A stretch of 64,000 bases of DNA from the human T2T-CHM13v2.0 reference genome, Homo sapiens: NCBI RefSeq assembly GCF_009914755.1, contig NC_060942.1. One strand, written 5' to 3'. The notes under the pieces are model-generated. The model saw only the letters and a program-made list of their open reading frames with translations, searched no databases and was not told the origin of the DNA. Positions 40,515-56,178 of this stretch are shown piece after piece (positions within the stretch are counted from its first letter, which is position 1; each line of letters opens with the position of its first letter). Both the position numbers and the translations under genes were made by a program.

Positions 40515-41962
40515 TGAGAGATGACAGCGTGCTGGCAGTCCTCAGAGCCCTCGCTTGCTCTCCCCACCTCCTCTGCCTGGGCTCCCACTTTGGCGGCACT
40601 TGAGGAGCCCTTCAGCCCACCACTGCACTGTGGAAGCCCCTTTCTGGGCTGGCCAAGGCTGGAGCCCACTCCCTCAGCTTGCAGGGAGGTGTGGAGGGAG
40701 AGGCGCCAGCGGGAACCAGGGCTGCGTGCGGTGCTTGCGGGCCAGCTGGAGTTCCGGTTGGGCATGGGCTTGGTGGGCCCCGCACTCGGAGCAGTCGGCC
40801 AGACCTGCTGGCCCCGGGTAATGAGGGACTTAGCACCCGGGCCAGCAGCTGTGGAGGGTGTATTGGGTCCCCCAGCAGTGCCAGCCCACCGGCGCTGCGC
40901 TCGATTTCTCACCGAGCCTTAGCTGCCTTCTGGTGGGGCAGGGCTCCGGACCTGCAGCCCACCATGCCTGAGCCTCCCACCCACTCTGTGTGTTCCTGTG
41001 CAGCCCCAGCCTCTCCGATGAGCGCTGCCCCTTGCTCCATGGCACCCAGTCCCATCGACCACCCAAGGGCTGAGGAGTGCGGGCACACAGCACTGGGACT
41101 GGCAGGCAGCTCCACCTGCAGCCCCGGTGTGGGATTCACTGGGTGAAGCCAGCTGGGCTCTTGAGTCTGGTGGGGACGTGGAGAGTCTTTATGTCTAGCT
41201 CAGGGATTGTAATTACACCAATCAGCACCCTGTGTTTAGCTCAAGGTTTGTGAGTGCACCAATCAACACTCTGTATCTAGCTGCTCTGGTGGGGCCTTGG
41301 AGAACCTTTATGTCTAGCTCAGGGATTGTAAATACACCAATCGGCACTCTGTATCTAGCTCAAGGTTTGTAAACACACCAATCAGCACCCTGTGTTTAGC
41401 TCAAGGTTTGTGAGTGCACCAATCAACACTCTGTATCTAGCTGCTCTGGTGGGGCCTTGGAGAACCTGTGTGTCCAAACTCTGTATCTAACTAATCTGAT
41501 GGGGACGTGGAGAACCTTTGTATCTAGCACAGGGATTGTAAACGCACCAATCAGCGCCCTGAAAAAACAGGCCACTCAGCTCTACCAATCAGCAGGATGT
41601 GGGTGGGGCCAGATAAGAGAATAAAAGCAGGCTGCCCGAGCCAGCATTGGCAACCTGCTCGGGTCCCCTTCCACGCTGTGGAAGCTTTGTTCTTTCGCTC
41701 TTTGCAATAAATCTTGCTACTACTCACTCGTTGGGTCCACGCTGCTTTTATGAGCTGTAACACTCACCACAAAGGTCTGCAGCTTCATTCCTGAGCCAGT
41801 GAGACCACGAACCCACCAGAAGGAAGAAACTCTGAATACATCTGAACATCAGAAGGGACACACTCCAGACGCGCCAGCTTAAGAGCTGTAACACTTACCG
41901 TGAGGGTCCGCGGCTTCATTCCTGAAGTCAGTGAGACCAAGAACCCACCAATTCCAGACACA
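40515..41962 (+). mobile_element. LTR12C-type (ERV9) solo LTR
   Basis: tgagagatgacagcgtgctggcagtcc...ttccagacaca; GC-rich 5' part, tandem CCAAT repeats, perfect TSD GAGT. Confidence 0.96.
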
Positions 41963-42039
41963 GAGTGATAACACATGTTCCTTTTTTATTACCTATAGTT
42001 AAAAATAACATGGTTTTTGTTTTTAAATAATTAGTTTCA

Positions 42040-42560
42040 TTTATCCATCCATCCATCTATTAATCCATCTACTTATTCAACCAACATATTAGGCCTTGAC
42101 CAGGTGTTAGGTACTATGTTTGGCACTGGCAATAGAAAGGTAATTGTGATACATTCCTTCCCTCAAGAATTGTATTCCCACTAGGGTAGATACTATCTAA
42201 ACAAATGATTGAAATAAAGCATTGTACATGCTATCAAAAGTGTGCTGTAAGAGTGGTACCACATAAAGATAGTGATCAAGGTTTCAGAGGGGACAGAAGA
42301 AATTTGAGCTGGATATTGAAGGATAAACATGAACTTGCCAGGCTAACAGCAAGGATAGAGTATTCCATGCTGTGAAAAACAGCATATTCAAAAGCACGGG
42401 ATGTGTATCCAAATGACACATTCAAAAAACCCTAAGTGTATCATGTTGACTGGAACAAGAAAAAAACTGCATTAGTGAAGTTGGAGAGATAGGAAGAACA
42501 TGCATTTTAACAGAAAGTAGTGGAGAGTGACTTAGAAATATAATGCAAGAAAAGGACAAG
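42040..42560. mobile_element. L2 fragments
   Basis: Motifs attcaaccaacatatt, tttgagctgga..tgaaggat and attcaaaagcac. Confidence 0.55.
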
Positions 42561-43215
42561 TTCCTTTCTGACTTTGGAAAGATGATCCTGTAAGCATAAC
42601 AGCAAGGAATAAATTGTGACTAGTGTACCATGTTGGAGATTATTGAAATAGTCAGTAAAAATATGAGACTCTATAGAAATATAGAAATAGAGATGTGAAA
42701 GAAGAGGTTGGTCCGCAGGTTTCTGGCTGGTTTCTTTCACTGAAGTAGGGGGGCCAAAGAAACGGAAGAGATTTTGGAAGAATAAGGTAGTTTGGGACAT
42801 GTGTGGACTTTGGAAAAGTACATGAATTTCTTATTTGTGGAACATTAGTATGAATGGGTCCAGTAGTATGATATATATGGTTTTGTGGATAAACTAAATA
42901 CAAATAATGGGCAGGAATATAAGTCATGGCTAAAAGTGAACTTTCCAGACTGGCACCTTAGGGACTGCTTTTCTACCCAAATGTCCTTGATAAGTGCCCT
43001 GTGAAAGGCGTATCCAAGTCCTGTTGCATCTAATACTCTCTCCAAGCTCTCTCCACCTTCCAAACCTACATTTCTAATCTGTTGGTTTTCTGATGCAAAC
43101 CATTTGTTTTCATCTATTTCTTGTTTTCCTGCCCTTGCTTGACTCTCAGCCTCCTACACCATCAGAAAAGTGGGAAATATTACTAAGATGGAGATGAAAA
43201 AAAAATGGGTAATAC

Positions 43216-43488
43216 CTCTGGTTAGTGGCAAACTAAAAGCTCAGCATTATCAGAATATCCAGAAATATGAAAGATGATGTCATGAAACTCTTTCTTTTGG
43301 GTACAGTTACCCAAGAGGTCACAGTCTCTTGTGCAAAGTGTCCAGTCTTTTCACTTAGCTTTACCATATCCTGTATAGGCCATAAGTCTTAAGAACCAAG
43401 ACTGAATGAAGGCTCCTGGAAACTGTACCAACTAGACAGCTAATGTTGAACTGTCCATTGATTACCCAGACCATGTGTTTAGAGGAAA
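43216..43488 (-). pseudogene. Copy A exon remnant (P-loop-like region)
   Basis: Acceptor tctatccttag, donor GAG|gtatta. VWVINGQFNI and GAFIQSWFLRL..KDW..KKEFHDIIFHISGYSDNAELLVCH versus GREB1 LLLSGPPQI and GAYLQF..MLVRL..SDW..KKLPFDYIIHDPKYEDASLICSH. Confidence 0.78.
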
Positions 43489-43712
43489 CTAAGGATAGAA
43501 TTGAATGTAATATCTAAGTATAATATAATATACAACTAGATGGAGCCTTGAGAAAGAAAAATGTGAGAGGTGGGAAGAAAATCAGAAAACAGAGTGTCAT
43601 AAAAGTCACGTTGCCTATTAAAATATCTTCCCCATGGGCATGCAAAACCTAAACAAGGCAAAAACTCATGAGCATTTGAGTACATTTGATAATTAGGCTG
43701 AATATTATACAC

Positions 43713-43882
43713 CTTAGAGTTATACAGATTATAAAACAGATTTCTTAATTGTAGTGACTCTGAAAAACAGGAGTGCTTTATCTTAGTCTTCATATTCTCA
43801 GCAACTTAGATGAACAGGTCTCACTTCCTGTGGGATTAATGATTCCAAGGGGAATAAAATCAATAAAATATTTTGAATATAT
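43713..43882 (-). pseudogene. Copy A exon remnant
   Basis: LESLIPQEV and ALLFFRVTTIKKSVL versus GREB1 AASLLPSPSV and PLLSKTMTSTEQSLY. AG/GT bounded. Confidence 0.55.
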
Positions 43883-44279
43883 CTAGACTGAATTTTTCAC
43901 ATAGATGCCATGTGAAAAATCTGGAAGAGGCACACAAAATATCACAAAGAGTAAAAATTTAGAAGACTGATGTCACAATAATTCTCTTCATAGTACTCAT
44001 GGTTATCTTATTCACATAAAATTAATCAGGGCACTTTTCAGCATGGTCAGAATCAAGGGATAGAGAGGATGAACCAAGCAATCCAGTTCTCAGTCAAAAC
44101 CCAGTTCTCCTGTGGAAACTGGAGAGCCAAACTTGTCAAAGTCTGAAGAAGACAAAGTGTATGGGAATCAAGTTATCATTGGAACCTGTAGAGTTTGGCT
44201 AAAGTTTGTGTCACTTAAAAACTTAAAATTTTAAAAATATATAAAAAGCAAAAAGATAATTTCTATATACATGTATTTT

Positions 44280-44791
44280 ATTTTTGCATAAAATTATTTC
44301 AGTGCTTAGCGGTTTAAAAAAATGGTTTTTGACTCACAATTTCTATCGGTCAGGAATCTAGCCGTGGCTTGTCTGGGTCCTGTGGCTCTGGGCCTCTCAC
44401 AAGGCTGGTACTATAGTTTCATTTTAAGGCGTGACTTGGGATAAATCCACAAAAGGGATTTTGGCAGGATTCAGCGTCTCACAGACTTTTTCCTGGAGGT
44501 CTCCTCTATCTAGCGCCTTCCCATGTGGGTCTCTTCATATTGGAGCTTACAATATGACAGCTGGCTTTCTTCAGAGAAACCACGGAAAAGGACAAGAGAG
44601 TATAAATAGGAACAAGTCACTATCTTCTTAAATTTAATCTTGGAAGTGGTGTCCTATAATTTTTGCCATATTCTATTTATAAGAAGTAAGTCAGTAAGTC
44701 CAACCAATATACAAGAGGAAAGTTATCACAGAAAAGCATGATGGCCAGTAGACAGGGATCCTCCGGAGCCATTTTAGAGTCATCCTACCAA
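44280..44791 (-). mobile_element. MLT1-type LTR
   Basis: cttagcggtttaaaa..ctcacaatttct..ggtcaggaat; ends gccattttagag..cctacca. Confidence 0.7.
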
Positions 44792-44899
44792 CTATGAAAA
44801 GTAAAATTTGGTTTTACTGAATTTTAGAAGTAAAACCATTCCTGCTTTTTCAGAGGGGTTTTCGATTTTTAAAAATGAATTTATACAAATTCTTTAAAG

Positions 44900-46920
<2,021 letters not shown>

Positions 46921-46924
46921 ATTT

Positions 46925-47400
46925 GTAGCAGACAACTTTTGTTGTATAACAACCACAAAAATCAATGGCATACCAAAACAATAATTAATCTCTCAAGCAT
47001 CTTAGTTATTGTCGGGAGTACCTTGTCTTTTGTCAGTTGGATTCACTCAGGTGTCAGTGGATCTATGGAGTTTTTTGGGGCTCACCCGTGTAGCTCTACT
47101 TTAAACAAAGGTCTGTGGATTGGCCAAGTAGCTCTGCTAAATGAGTCTCACAATGTCCTTGGACCCGCAAGCTAGCCAAGGCATGGTATTTTTATGGCAA
47201 CAGCAAAGGTACAAGACAATGTGTCTAACCAAATGAGCATACTTCAGTCCCTACATGTTGAAAAAGCCTTTGCTTTTAACATCCCATTGGCCAATCCCAT
47301 TGCACAAAGCAAGTAATCCCATTGTTCAAGCTCAAAATCTAAGGACAGGGATGTACATGCATTGTTTTGTGGGGGAAATTGTAAAATTACATGGAAGAAG
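46925..47400 (-). mobile_element. MLT1-type LTR fragment
   Basis: Motifs tataacaaccacaaaaatc and aacatcccattggccaa. Confidence 0.55.
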
Positions 47401-48577
47401 GTGTTAATTGAGGAAAAAGTAAAATCTGCTTCACTATAAAAGCACTTCAGTGAAAAGGACAATGAATTTGGTGCATTTTATATTCAAAAATTCCCACAAG
47501 CATGCAGCATCTGTCCAAGAGGCAACTGAGGTCAAAGTTTCATCGATGTTAGAGTTAGGAAAATAGATTTGGGCAGCACTGGTATATAACTATGTACTGA
47601 TTTTGCAGTGCAAACATTTATGACAAGGGCAAAAGGAATAACATCTTTGATTAAATACAAAAGCATGGAAGTAGATAGCAGAAAATTCATCAGAGGAGGC
47701 TAAGTATAATATCGAGCACAAGTGGCTTGTGTTGTAGAAGCAGAAAAAAAAATCTAGAGGAGGAAAGAAGTAATAAAATATGCAGAAAGGTCAATAAAGC
47801 CAAAAGCTGGAAAAGCATCATTGTTTTTGGTAATTAAGGGGTCTTATTCCCATGTTATGGACATATGAAGCAATTGCATAATTTGTACATGCTTTAATGA
47901 TATCCAAATACAGATCATGTATCATATCTGACTCAAGGGCTGCCTGCCTTCAGACCAATTTAATAAACATAAAACCTTGGCCATCATGTTCCTGGGGGCA
48001 AGTTAAATATTAAAATTCTTTGATATCTGCATCTAAGAAATTCTTACAACTAGATTCATATGAAAGGAGAGTAATCCAAATTACATAAGCTGAAAGAAAA
48101 ATTAGTCTGGAAATGCCTCTTCAGTCTATCTCATCTACAATATAGGTAATAAAAATATAATGATAATAAAGCACATTAGGAAAAACAAATTCCCCAAGTC
48201 TCTCCTACCAGCTTTGACTCTGTGTTCTAGGGAAACTTATCTAAATGAGAAAAGGAAAATGCAATACACCAGAAATTTAAAAAATCATAAGAAATTTGAG
48301 TAAATGTATTTAGCTATTTGCTTCCCACCGAAGAATGCCCAATGATATAAGTTCAAATTTCATATGTAAAAGAGACATGGTGTTAGATTCTGTCCCATTA
48401 GGAATAATTTGCTTTCTACTCAAATCCAGTATTTTCAGATAGATTAAGTACTGAAGAGAATGCTGTACATGGAATTTGCCTAGCTTTTAGCAAAGCTTTG
48501 TCTCCTTTTTTTTAAATAGACATGGCAACAAACATGAAGTGACTTTGGCCACAAAGGTTGATTTTTATGTGTACAGT

Positions 48578-49433
48578 TGTTATGGGTTGAATTATGTGCC
48601 CTGAAGAAAGATACGTTGAAGTTCTACTTTCCAGTATTTCAAAATGTAACCTTATTTGGTTCTCAGTACATTTTCTGTTACTTATAACGAAATATCTGAA
48701 ACTGGGTAGTTTACAAATAAAAAGAATTTATTTCTTACAGTTATGAAGGCTGAGAAGTTCAAGGCTAAGGGGCTGGACCTGGTGAGAGCCTTCTTCCTGG
48801 TGGGGACTCTCTCCTAAGCCCTAAGGTGCTGTAGAGCATTACATGGTGAAGGGGCTGGGCATGCTAGCTCAGGTCTTTCTTACAAAGCCACCAGTCCCAC
48901 TCCCATGATAACCAATTAATCCATTAATTCATGAATGGATTAATCAACTCATGAAGGCAGAGCCCTCATGACCCAATCACCTCTTAACGACCCCACCCCT
49001 CCACACTGCCACAGTGAATATTAACTTTCAGTATGAGTTTTGGAGGGGACAAATATTTAAATCAGCACATTTGGAGGTAGGTTTGTTGCAAATGTAATTG
49101 GTTAAGATAAGGTGGAATAGGATGAACTCCTAAACCACTATGACTAGTGTCCTTATAAGAAGATGGCCATATGAAGATGGAGACACAGGGAGAAGGCCAT
49201 GTGAAGATAGTTTTGGAGTGACACGTCTACCACCAAGGAACATCATGGTTTACTACCAAACCACCGGAATCCAGAAGGAGGCAAAGAAGGATTTCCCTAC
49301 ATGTTTCAGAGGGATCATAACCCTGCAAACATCTTGATTTCAGACTCATACTCTCCATAAATGAGAAGAAATTTAATTTCTCTTGTTTTAAGCCACCTAG
49401 TTTGTGTTACAGTCACCCTGGGAAACTAATACA
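48578..49433 (+). mobile_element. MLT1B/C LTR split by an MST LTR
   Basis: tgttatgggttgaatt...ggaaactaataca. Confidence 0.85.
48660..49069 (-). mobile_element. MSTB/C-type LTR nested in MLT1
   Basis: MST motifs; TSD TTTGG. Confidence 0.85.
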
Positions 49434-49714
49434 GCAGCAGGTCACAACCTGACTGAAGATAAACAATTTAAACATAATCTACATTATATATAAAGAATTT
49501 GTTTATAAACTTAAAGATGCCCATTTCACAAAATGATAAGTAGCTGGACATACATTTAAAAATTGAATTATCAAAGTCATTGATGAATATTAAAAGAGTG
49601 ATGATGTGGATTAGCAATTGGTTGATATATATTACCAACAAAACACTCTCAATTAATTAGATGGCAATTTTTAACAAGAAAATGTGGTATGTGGTAATGA
49701 AGATCAAGGGCTTT

Positions 49715-50300
49715 GAAGATAGTCATGTCTTAAAGATCCAGCTCCACCATTTACTAGCTGTTTGACCTCAAGCAGTTTATTTGATTCTCTTAAATCCAGT
49801 TTTCTCATCTGTAAAATGAAGTCTAATGCTATCTTTCCTATAGAGTTCACATGAAGACCAAAGCATCTGTTTTTTAAAGCATAATGCCAGAGCATAGTAA
49901 GAATTGATGTTGTTATGATTCTTACTTGGTAACGTGATACATGTTTGTATCATTTTAGAAATTTTCATGCCCCAGTATTACAAATCAGCCTATTGTCCTC
50001 TCACTTTTTTTCTGGTCCTACCAGTTTCATACTATTCTCTCTTCCACCTAGGCTTCAAAGATGAAGTGTATCCTCTGGCTTGGGACTTGGCAAAGAAGTA
50101 TGTGATATTGTGGTAAAATGTATGATCTGCAGTCAGACAGACCTAGTCTCCCTCAATCGCTAGCTGAAAGACTTGGGCAATTTATTTAACCTCTCAAAGC
50201 ATCTTCTATTTTTCTGTAGAATAAAATTAAAATCATATCCACCTTATTGAGACTATTAATTGCAAAACATAGAACAAAAGTATCTTGCATGTAGGACAGG
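49715..50300 (+). mobile_element. MIR fragments (~49715-49870 and ~50090-50300)
   Basis: Core motifs tttctcatctgtaaaatg and cttgggcaatttatttaacctctc. Confidence 0.65.
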
Positions 50301-50601
50301 CTCAGAAGTTGGTAGGCAGGCCTCCCCAAACCCCCAATCAATTCAGTCACCAGGTTCACTTTATTGTCATTCCTGATGGCTGCTAGTTTGTCAAGGCCTT
50401 GCCTCGTGATCGCTCGATTGACTTCCTAAACTGGTTCCCTTGACTTTGATCTTTCCACTGTGAATGGAGTGAACTTTACAGTATTATTGTGCTTTATAAA
50501 AGAACACATAATCACCATTTAAAATATTATTTACTTTAAACCCTTCATTCTCACTTGCAAAAGCCTTTGCAGTCTGGTTTCATCTCATTTTGATGAGCAT
50601 T

Positions 50602-51056
50602 GTAATGCCTTGCCCAGATCTCCATCAAAGGACTTGTTGCCCCAGCTGCAAGAAGTGCTGATAGCAGACATCTTTCAATTGCCAGAGTCTTTAGAGATAG
50701 CCTCACATGTAGAGCCAATTTTCCCAAGGTTATGCCCCTTCCCAGCGTGTTCCATATTCAATGACTCATCACTACAGGCACAAAAATTGTGACCAACTTG
50801 ACCTGTAACTCTAAAAAGGCATTCCAGCTCCTGAGCTCTCCAGAGTGGGCTGAGGCCACGATCGGGGTTGCATTCTCCACTTCTTCTGCCTACACCTGCT
50901 TTGTCTTCTCCCTTTCACAGGTGCTGATCCCAAGGGCTGCCCCTAGTGAGCACCTTATGGACTCATGAGAACCTAATGGAGTTCTCAGTGAGAACCTAAT
51001 GGAGTTCTCAATAAACTCCATCTCAGTTTGCTTCCGGGAAAACTTAATCTGCAACA
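50602..51056 (+). mobile_element. LTR16C-like ERVL LTR
   Basis: ...aaactccatctcagtttgcttccgggaaaac..ctgcaaca end. Confidence 0.7.
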
Positions 51057-51469
51057 CCCTCCTATGCCAACTTTGTTTCATGTAAGTCACCACCTTAAAT
51101 GACGTGCCTTTCTTCTCTCTTTAGCAAGCTAAGCACACTTATCCAATCATTTATTTATGTATTCATTCATTTGCTTTTAAACATGCATAAAACATGCCTT
51201 CTTCCCTACAAGCTTCTTTTTCTATGGACTAGGAGAGAAAAACAAACATGTAAAAGAAATGTGAATAATACAAGGTAGTTTCTCCTCTAGATGTCGGTAT
51301 GAAGGCCAAATGAAGACAAATGAGGAACTAAAAATTACTACCGCAGTGCTGTTTTACAAGTAACTCTGCAGACTCTCTTCTCTTCTCATGGAAATACTAT
51401 TTGTGTGTTAATAACAAACTCAAGATTCACCTCTTCTAGGGAGCTTCTCCTGGCATGTCTTCTCACTTT

Positions 51470-51546
51470 ACTTATATAGATTTTTACAGCCAATTATAGA
51501 GATCTTTGTAGTTAGAATAACATTACTTTTCATTCTAAATATGTGC
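51470..51546 (-). pseudogene. Copy A short exon remnant
   Basis: Strong acceptor ttttatactttgtctcttacag. NVILT/KDLYNWL versus GREB1 PIVFLPKLVYDMV. The 3' end is uncertain. Confidence 0.5.
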
Positions 51547-51616
51547 CTGTAAGAGACAAAGTATAAAATACAGAGTTTCACCGAATTTATTGAAATGATA
51601 ATATGCCAAAGTTAAC

Positions 51617-51792
51617 CATTTTCCCAAATTCCTTAGTTAGCAGGCTGCACAACTTTCTAGAATGTATAGAAATGGCAATAAGAGATTTTAAGAAAAACAA
51701 GATTTCCTTAGGACAAGGTTTGTTATTTGCCAAAGACAAAATAATGTTGACTTCTACATCTCTGCAGAAGTGTTCTCTGTCTCTTTCCAAAT
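51617..51792 (-). pseudogene. Copy A exon remnant
   Basis: Acceptor tttttccctgcag. IWKETE, then DVEVNIILSLANNKPCPKEILFFLKSLIAISIHSRKLCSLLTKEFGKM, versus GREB1 [55 protein letters not shown]. Confidence 0.78.
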
Positions 51793-51855
51793 CTGCAGGG
51801 AAAAACAGGGTATTAAAACAGTTGAAAAAATAACAAAAGTTAATTTTTACTTTAC

Positions 51856-52420
51856 CTGTAAAATTTTTATTGACTGCTTCGTTACCAAATTTTCCACCTA
51901 TGTCAAAGTGAGATGATATCTTCTTAACCAGAATTGGTGAATAAATAAAAAGTCCAACAATTATGTAAAATAAACAACTTATGAATAAGTTAACAGAAAT
52001 GACCTGCAGTTTCTTTCCCATTGGAAGTCTCATTTTTTGCATATGTATACTGTGAACATGACACATTATAAGGTTTTGCCTCTGAATTTTTTGGATTAAA
52101 GGAGTAAAAATTAGAAGTTGCTAAAATAAGAGCAGACAGGTAACTAACAAGCCACATCTCATGATTCTTTGGAATTGCTACCATATCTCAGCAAAAGCAC
52201 AACATATACAGAAGTTCCACTTTGGACCTTTTCCCAAAGGTAATTTGTATTTTCAGAAATTATATATTGAAAGTTATTCTCTACTATTATATTTATAGAA
52301 GATTTCAGTGGTAATTCTGCCAATAGCCATGTCTAAATCACCATTCCTGTATGAGGTTGCTCTAAAATTAATACTATACTCAATAACTGTTCCTGTGTTT
52401 TCTGGCAGCATCTCAACCAT
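51856..52420 (-). pseudogene. Copy A exon remnant
   Basis: Acceptor cttctcttcag (phase 2, compatible with the previous exon), donor CAG|gtaaag. WLRCCQKTQEQLLSIVLILEQPH, SGTSVYVVLLLRYGSNSK, WLVSYLSALILATS, GKKLQVISV and SSHFDI compare with GREB1 FLQNSFQNPHTLFVLIHDHAH, SGHSLPLLRYDSSFE, VLVQHYAAALMAVS, GHGLMVLLRV and EEHFEI. Confidence 0.82.
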
Positions 52421-52948
52421 CTGAAGAGAAGATATTTAAGAAAACTATAGATATTCTGTTTCTGATGAGCACACTAATCAATTACCCTTCTCAAGACACT
52501 TAAATGTAACCTTAAGTATAAATTCTTGTCTTTTTTATTACAGGTGCAGGTAACACTAATAGCTTTGAAATATAAAATTACAGTGAGGTGACAGCTCCAC
52601 CACTATTAGATCACCACAAATTGTAAGAAAGGGCAGTCCTCTGCCATGCATGTTTCCACTACAATGAGATTCTTAGTGATTGCCCAAGATGTTTAACAAG
52701 ACATTGATATTGTAACTCTTAGTTTGAGCCTTGCTGGATTCTGGAATGAATGGAGAAGGAAGGCCTGAAGCAGCACAGCAGGATTTGGAATAAAGCAATG
52801 ATAGGAGTGATAAACTTAAATGTAATTCTAACATTTAAATTCAAATGTGATCTTATACTAATCTCTTTAGCAGCTTACTGCTTGCAGTTAAATTAACCTA
52901 GAAATTAGTAATTAAAGGCAACCACAGAAAGGTACATTTCTGTAGAAC

Positions 52949-53359
52949 CTGAACAACTTGGCAGTGATCCAATTCATTGAAGTCTCCTTTTTTATACACT
53001 TTGCATCTGTCTTTTTCAGTGCAGTTGTATACACAGAGAAAAAAACAGTATTGTTAAGAGCATCTTCTGATGGCAGGATTGTAAATTGGGTGAAAATATT
53101 TAATTTGCTGGTGCTTAATTCCTGGGAACTTGAAAGCAGGCTGATGGATGGAGATAGGAAAAACATAAGAAGATAAAGGAAATGTTATTTCTAAAGAGGC
53201 TTTGGTTATCTCCTGTGTTTTTTTAAGGTCTAGAGTCTGGGACACTATGTCTCATTCTTTGGGTGACCTTTCTTTTTCCTTTAGTGACAAAATAAGCAAA
53301 ATCTGCAGGACATGCTCTACAGAATTGGAATAAAGAATGTGAGAAATAGGAGCTGAAAC
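52949..53359 (-). pseudogene. Copy A exon remnant
   Basis: Acceptor ttatag, donor CAG|gttcta (phase 2). SLFQFCRACPADFAYFVTK, EITKASLEITFPLSSYVFPI and SSSQELS..ILPSEDALNNT..IKKE compare with GREB1 SLGAFFSTLCPEGDIDILLDK, SIRPFQLAVAQKLLSHVCSI and SSTQNLD..IPPSEVTYQQT..LKKE. Confidence 0.8.
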
Positions 53360-53642
53360 CTATAAATAATCCCCAAACTATAAATATCTCCCCAAGATTT
53401 GTCATCTTAAAAAATGAATACGAAGTTTATTTAAGTTTATAAATCTTTGATACTTGGCACCTCTTTATAGTGAAAAATTGTACAAAACACTAAGTGTAGC
53501 CTGAGTTCTTCCTGTGATTCCTATAATAAAATATAAGGTTCTTTGAGTTAGGATACTATATATGATATAGTTTTGCCTATTTAGAATATATAGGTAGTTA
53601 TTTATATGTATTTGTCTGTGAAGAGAGGTCAAAAGAGAGGAG

Positions 53643-53985
<343 letters not shown>

Positions 53986-54144
53986 TCAAAAGCTTGTTTT
54001 CTTAGCTGGAAAATATAGATAATGGTTTACCTCTCATTGGATTCTTATCAATCAGATAATGTGTATAGAGTGTTTAATGTAGTGTAAAATATAAAATAAT
54101 CATTCAACATCTAGCTAGTGATTACTATTGCTGTTGTTGCTTTT

Positions 54145-54577
54145 TGTGTTACTCCAATTTGTTTTACTATAGAGGAATACCTTAGGCTAGGTAATTTATA
54201 AAGAAAAGAGGTGTAATTGGCTCATGGTACTGCAGGCTGTGCACAAATCATAGTGCCAGCATCTGCTTCTGGTGAGGGCCTCAGGAAACTTCCAATTATG
54301 GTGGAAGGTGAGGGGGAGTCAGAGTGTCACAGGGCAAGAGAGGGAGCTAGAAAGAGATGGAGCAAGAGAGATAATGAAGAGATCCCAGGCTCTTTTTAAA
54401 TAACCAGTTCTCATATGAATTCCAGAGTGAGAACTCCCATTACCATGAAAAGGACACCAAGCCATTCATGAGGGATCCATCCGCAGGACCCAAACACCTC
54501 CTACTAGGCGAAATTTCAACATTGGAGGTCACATTTCAACATGAGATGTGGAGAGAACAAACATCCAAACTATATCA
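54145..54577 (-). mobile_element. MSTA/B LTR
   Basis: ggtaatttataaagaaaagagg...catccaaactatatca. Confidence 0.88.
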
Positions 54578-54819
54578 GTTTATATTTCATCATCCAGTAC
54601 ATATTATTTTCTAATTATTGCACATTTATTTACTAATTTAGCATGTATGTGCCAGATGCATTCAAAGTATGTTACAAAGTTAAACACATTTAATACAATA
54701 GCTCTATATTGCTGATACTATAAGCCATTTTTGTTGTATAACATCACAAACAAATAATAAAAATATATATTGCAAATAGGGAAAATCATTTTAGTATATC
54801 AGCAGATTATTGCAAGAAA

Positions 54820-55620
54820 TCTTCCAAGGTGAATGGAAAATGTTAAAATTTAAAAATGGGGGAGAAAGACAGGTGAAGGTGGGATAAAAATGTACAGGAG
54901 ATCATTAGGAAGTCACTTTAAAATAGAATCATTAAAATGAATGAGAAATAATGAACTTCATTAGCAATCCAATAAATTCAAATCAAATTAAATGAGATTT
55001 TTTTTCAAAAATTAGGTTGGCAAATAAAATACTGATAACAAAAATAACAAAGGATAATAAAAATGATAATACATCAGTGCCAGAGCTAACATTTTGTAGG
55101 GCAATTTGGCAATAAGTACCACAATTTTTAATGTGCAGATACATTGACCTACAAATGTCACTTCTGAAAATTTAACTGAAGGAAATAATTAGATATATTG
55201 TAAGTGATAAATGTGCAAGGAAATACACAGCTGAATTGTTTATAGTAGCACAAGACAGCATTAGCCTAATGCTCATGAACGGTATTTAGTTACATACTGT
55301 AGATCAATACAATTTTAAAAATATTCAGAAGAAAAAAATAATACATGTAGCTTTCTTCTAAATGTGTTAAAATTATATTATGTGAAAAAAAAGAAACCCA
55401 AAAACCTGTACTCTATGATTGCATCTTTGTTTTAAAAGGTAGAAAGGAAGGAAAGAAGGAGGGAAAGGACAGAGGCAAGGAAGGAAGGAGAGGAGTGAGG
55501 GAGAGAAAGAGGAAAAAGAGAAACTGGAAAGATATTAAACAAATCTATTAAAATGGTTATTCTTGGATTATAGATATTTATAACTTTCTTCTTTAAAGCC
55601 TCTAATAAAGACATTTATAT
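54820..55620 (+). mobile_element. L1ME-type 3' fragments
   Basis: Motifs gggcaatttggcaata and ttgtttatagtagca. Confidence 0.55.
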
Positions 55621-55665
55621 TTTAGAAAATTATTGTCAATAATTTCTGGGGAACAAAAAAAGTTA

Positions 55666-56178
<513 letters not shown>

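Noticed and set aside
40445-41146. Cluster of long overlapping ORFs
   Set aside because: Artefact of the GC-rich LTR12C sequence.
41180-41590. CRISPR-like repeat array
   Set aside because: These are the standard ERV9 LTR enhancer repeats in a primate genome, with no unique spacers.
51587-52066. 159-aa ORF as an intact gene
   Set aside because: It reads through a predicted 63-bp intron and joins two pseudo-exons. Neighbouring exons have stops and frameshifts.
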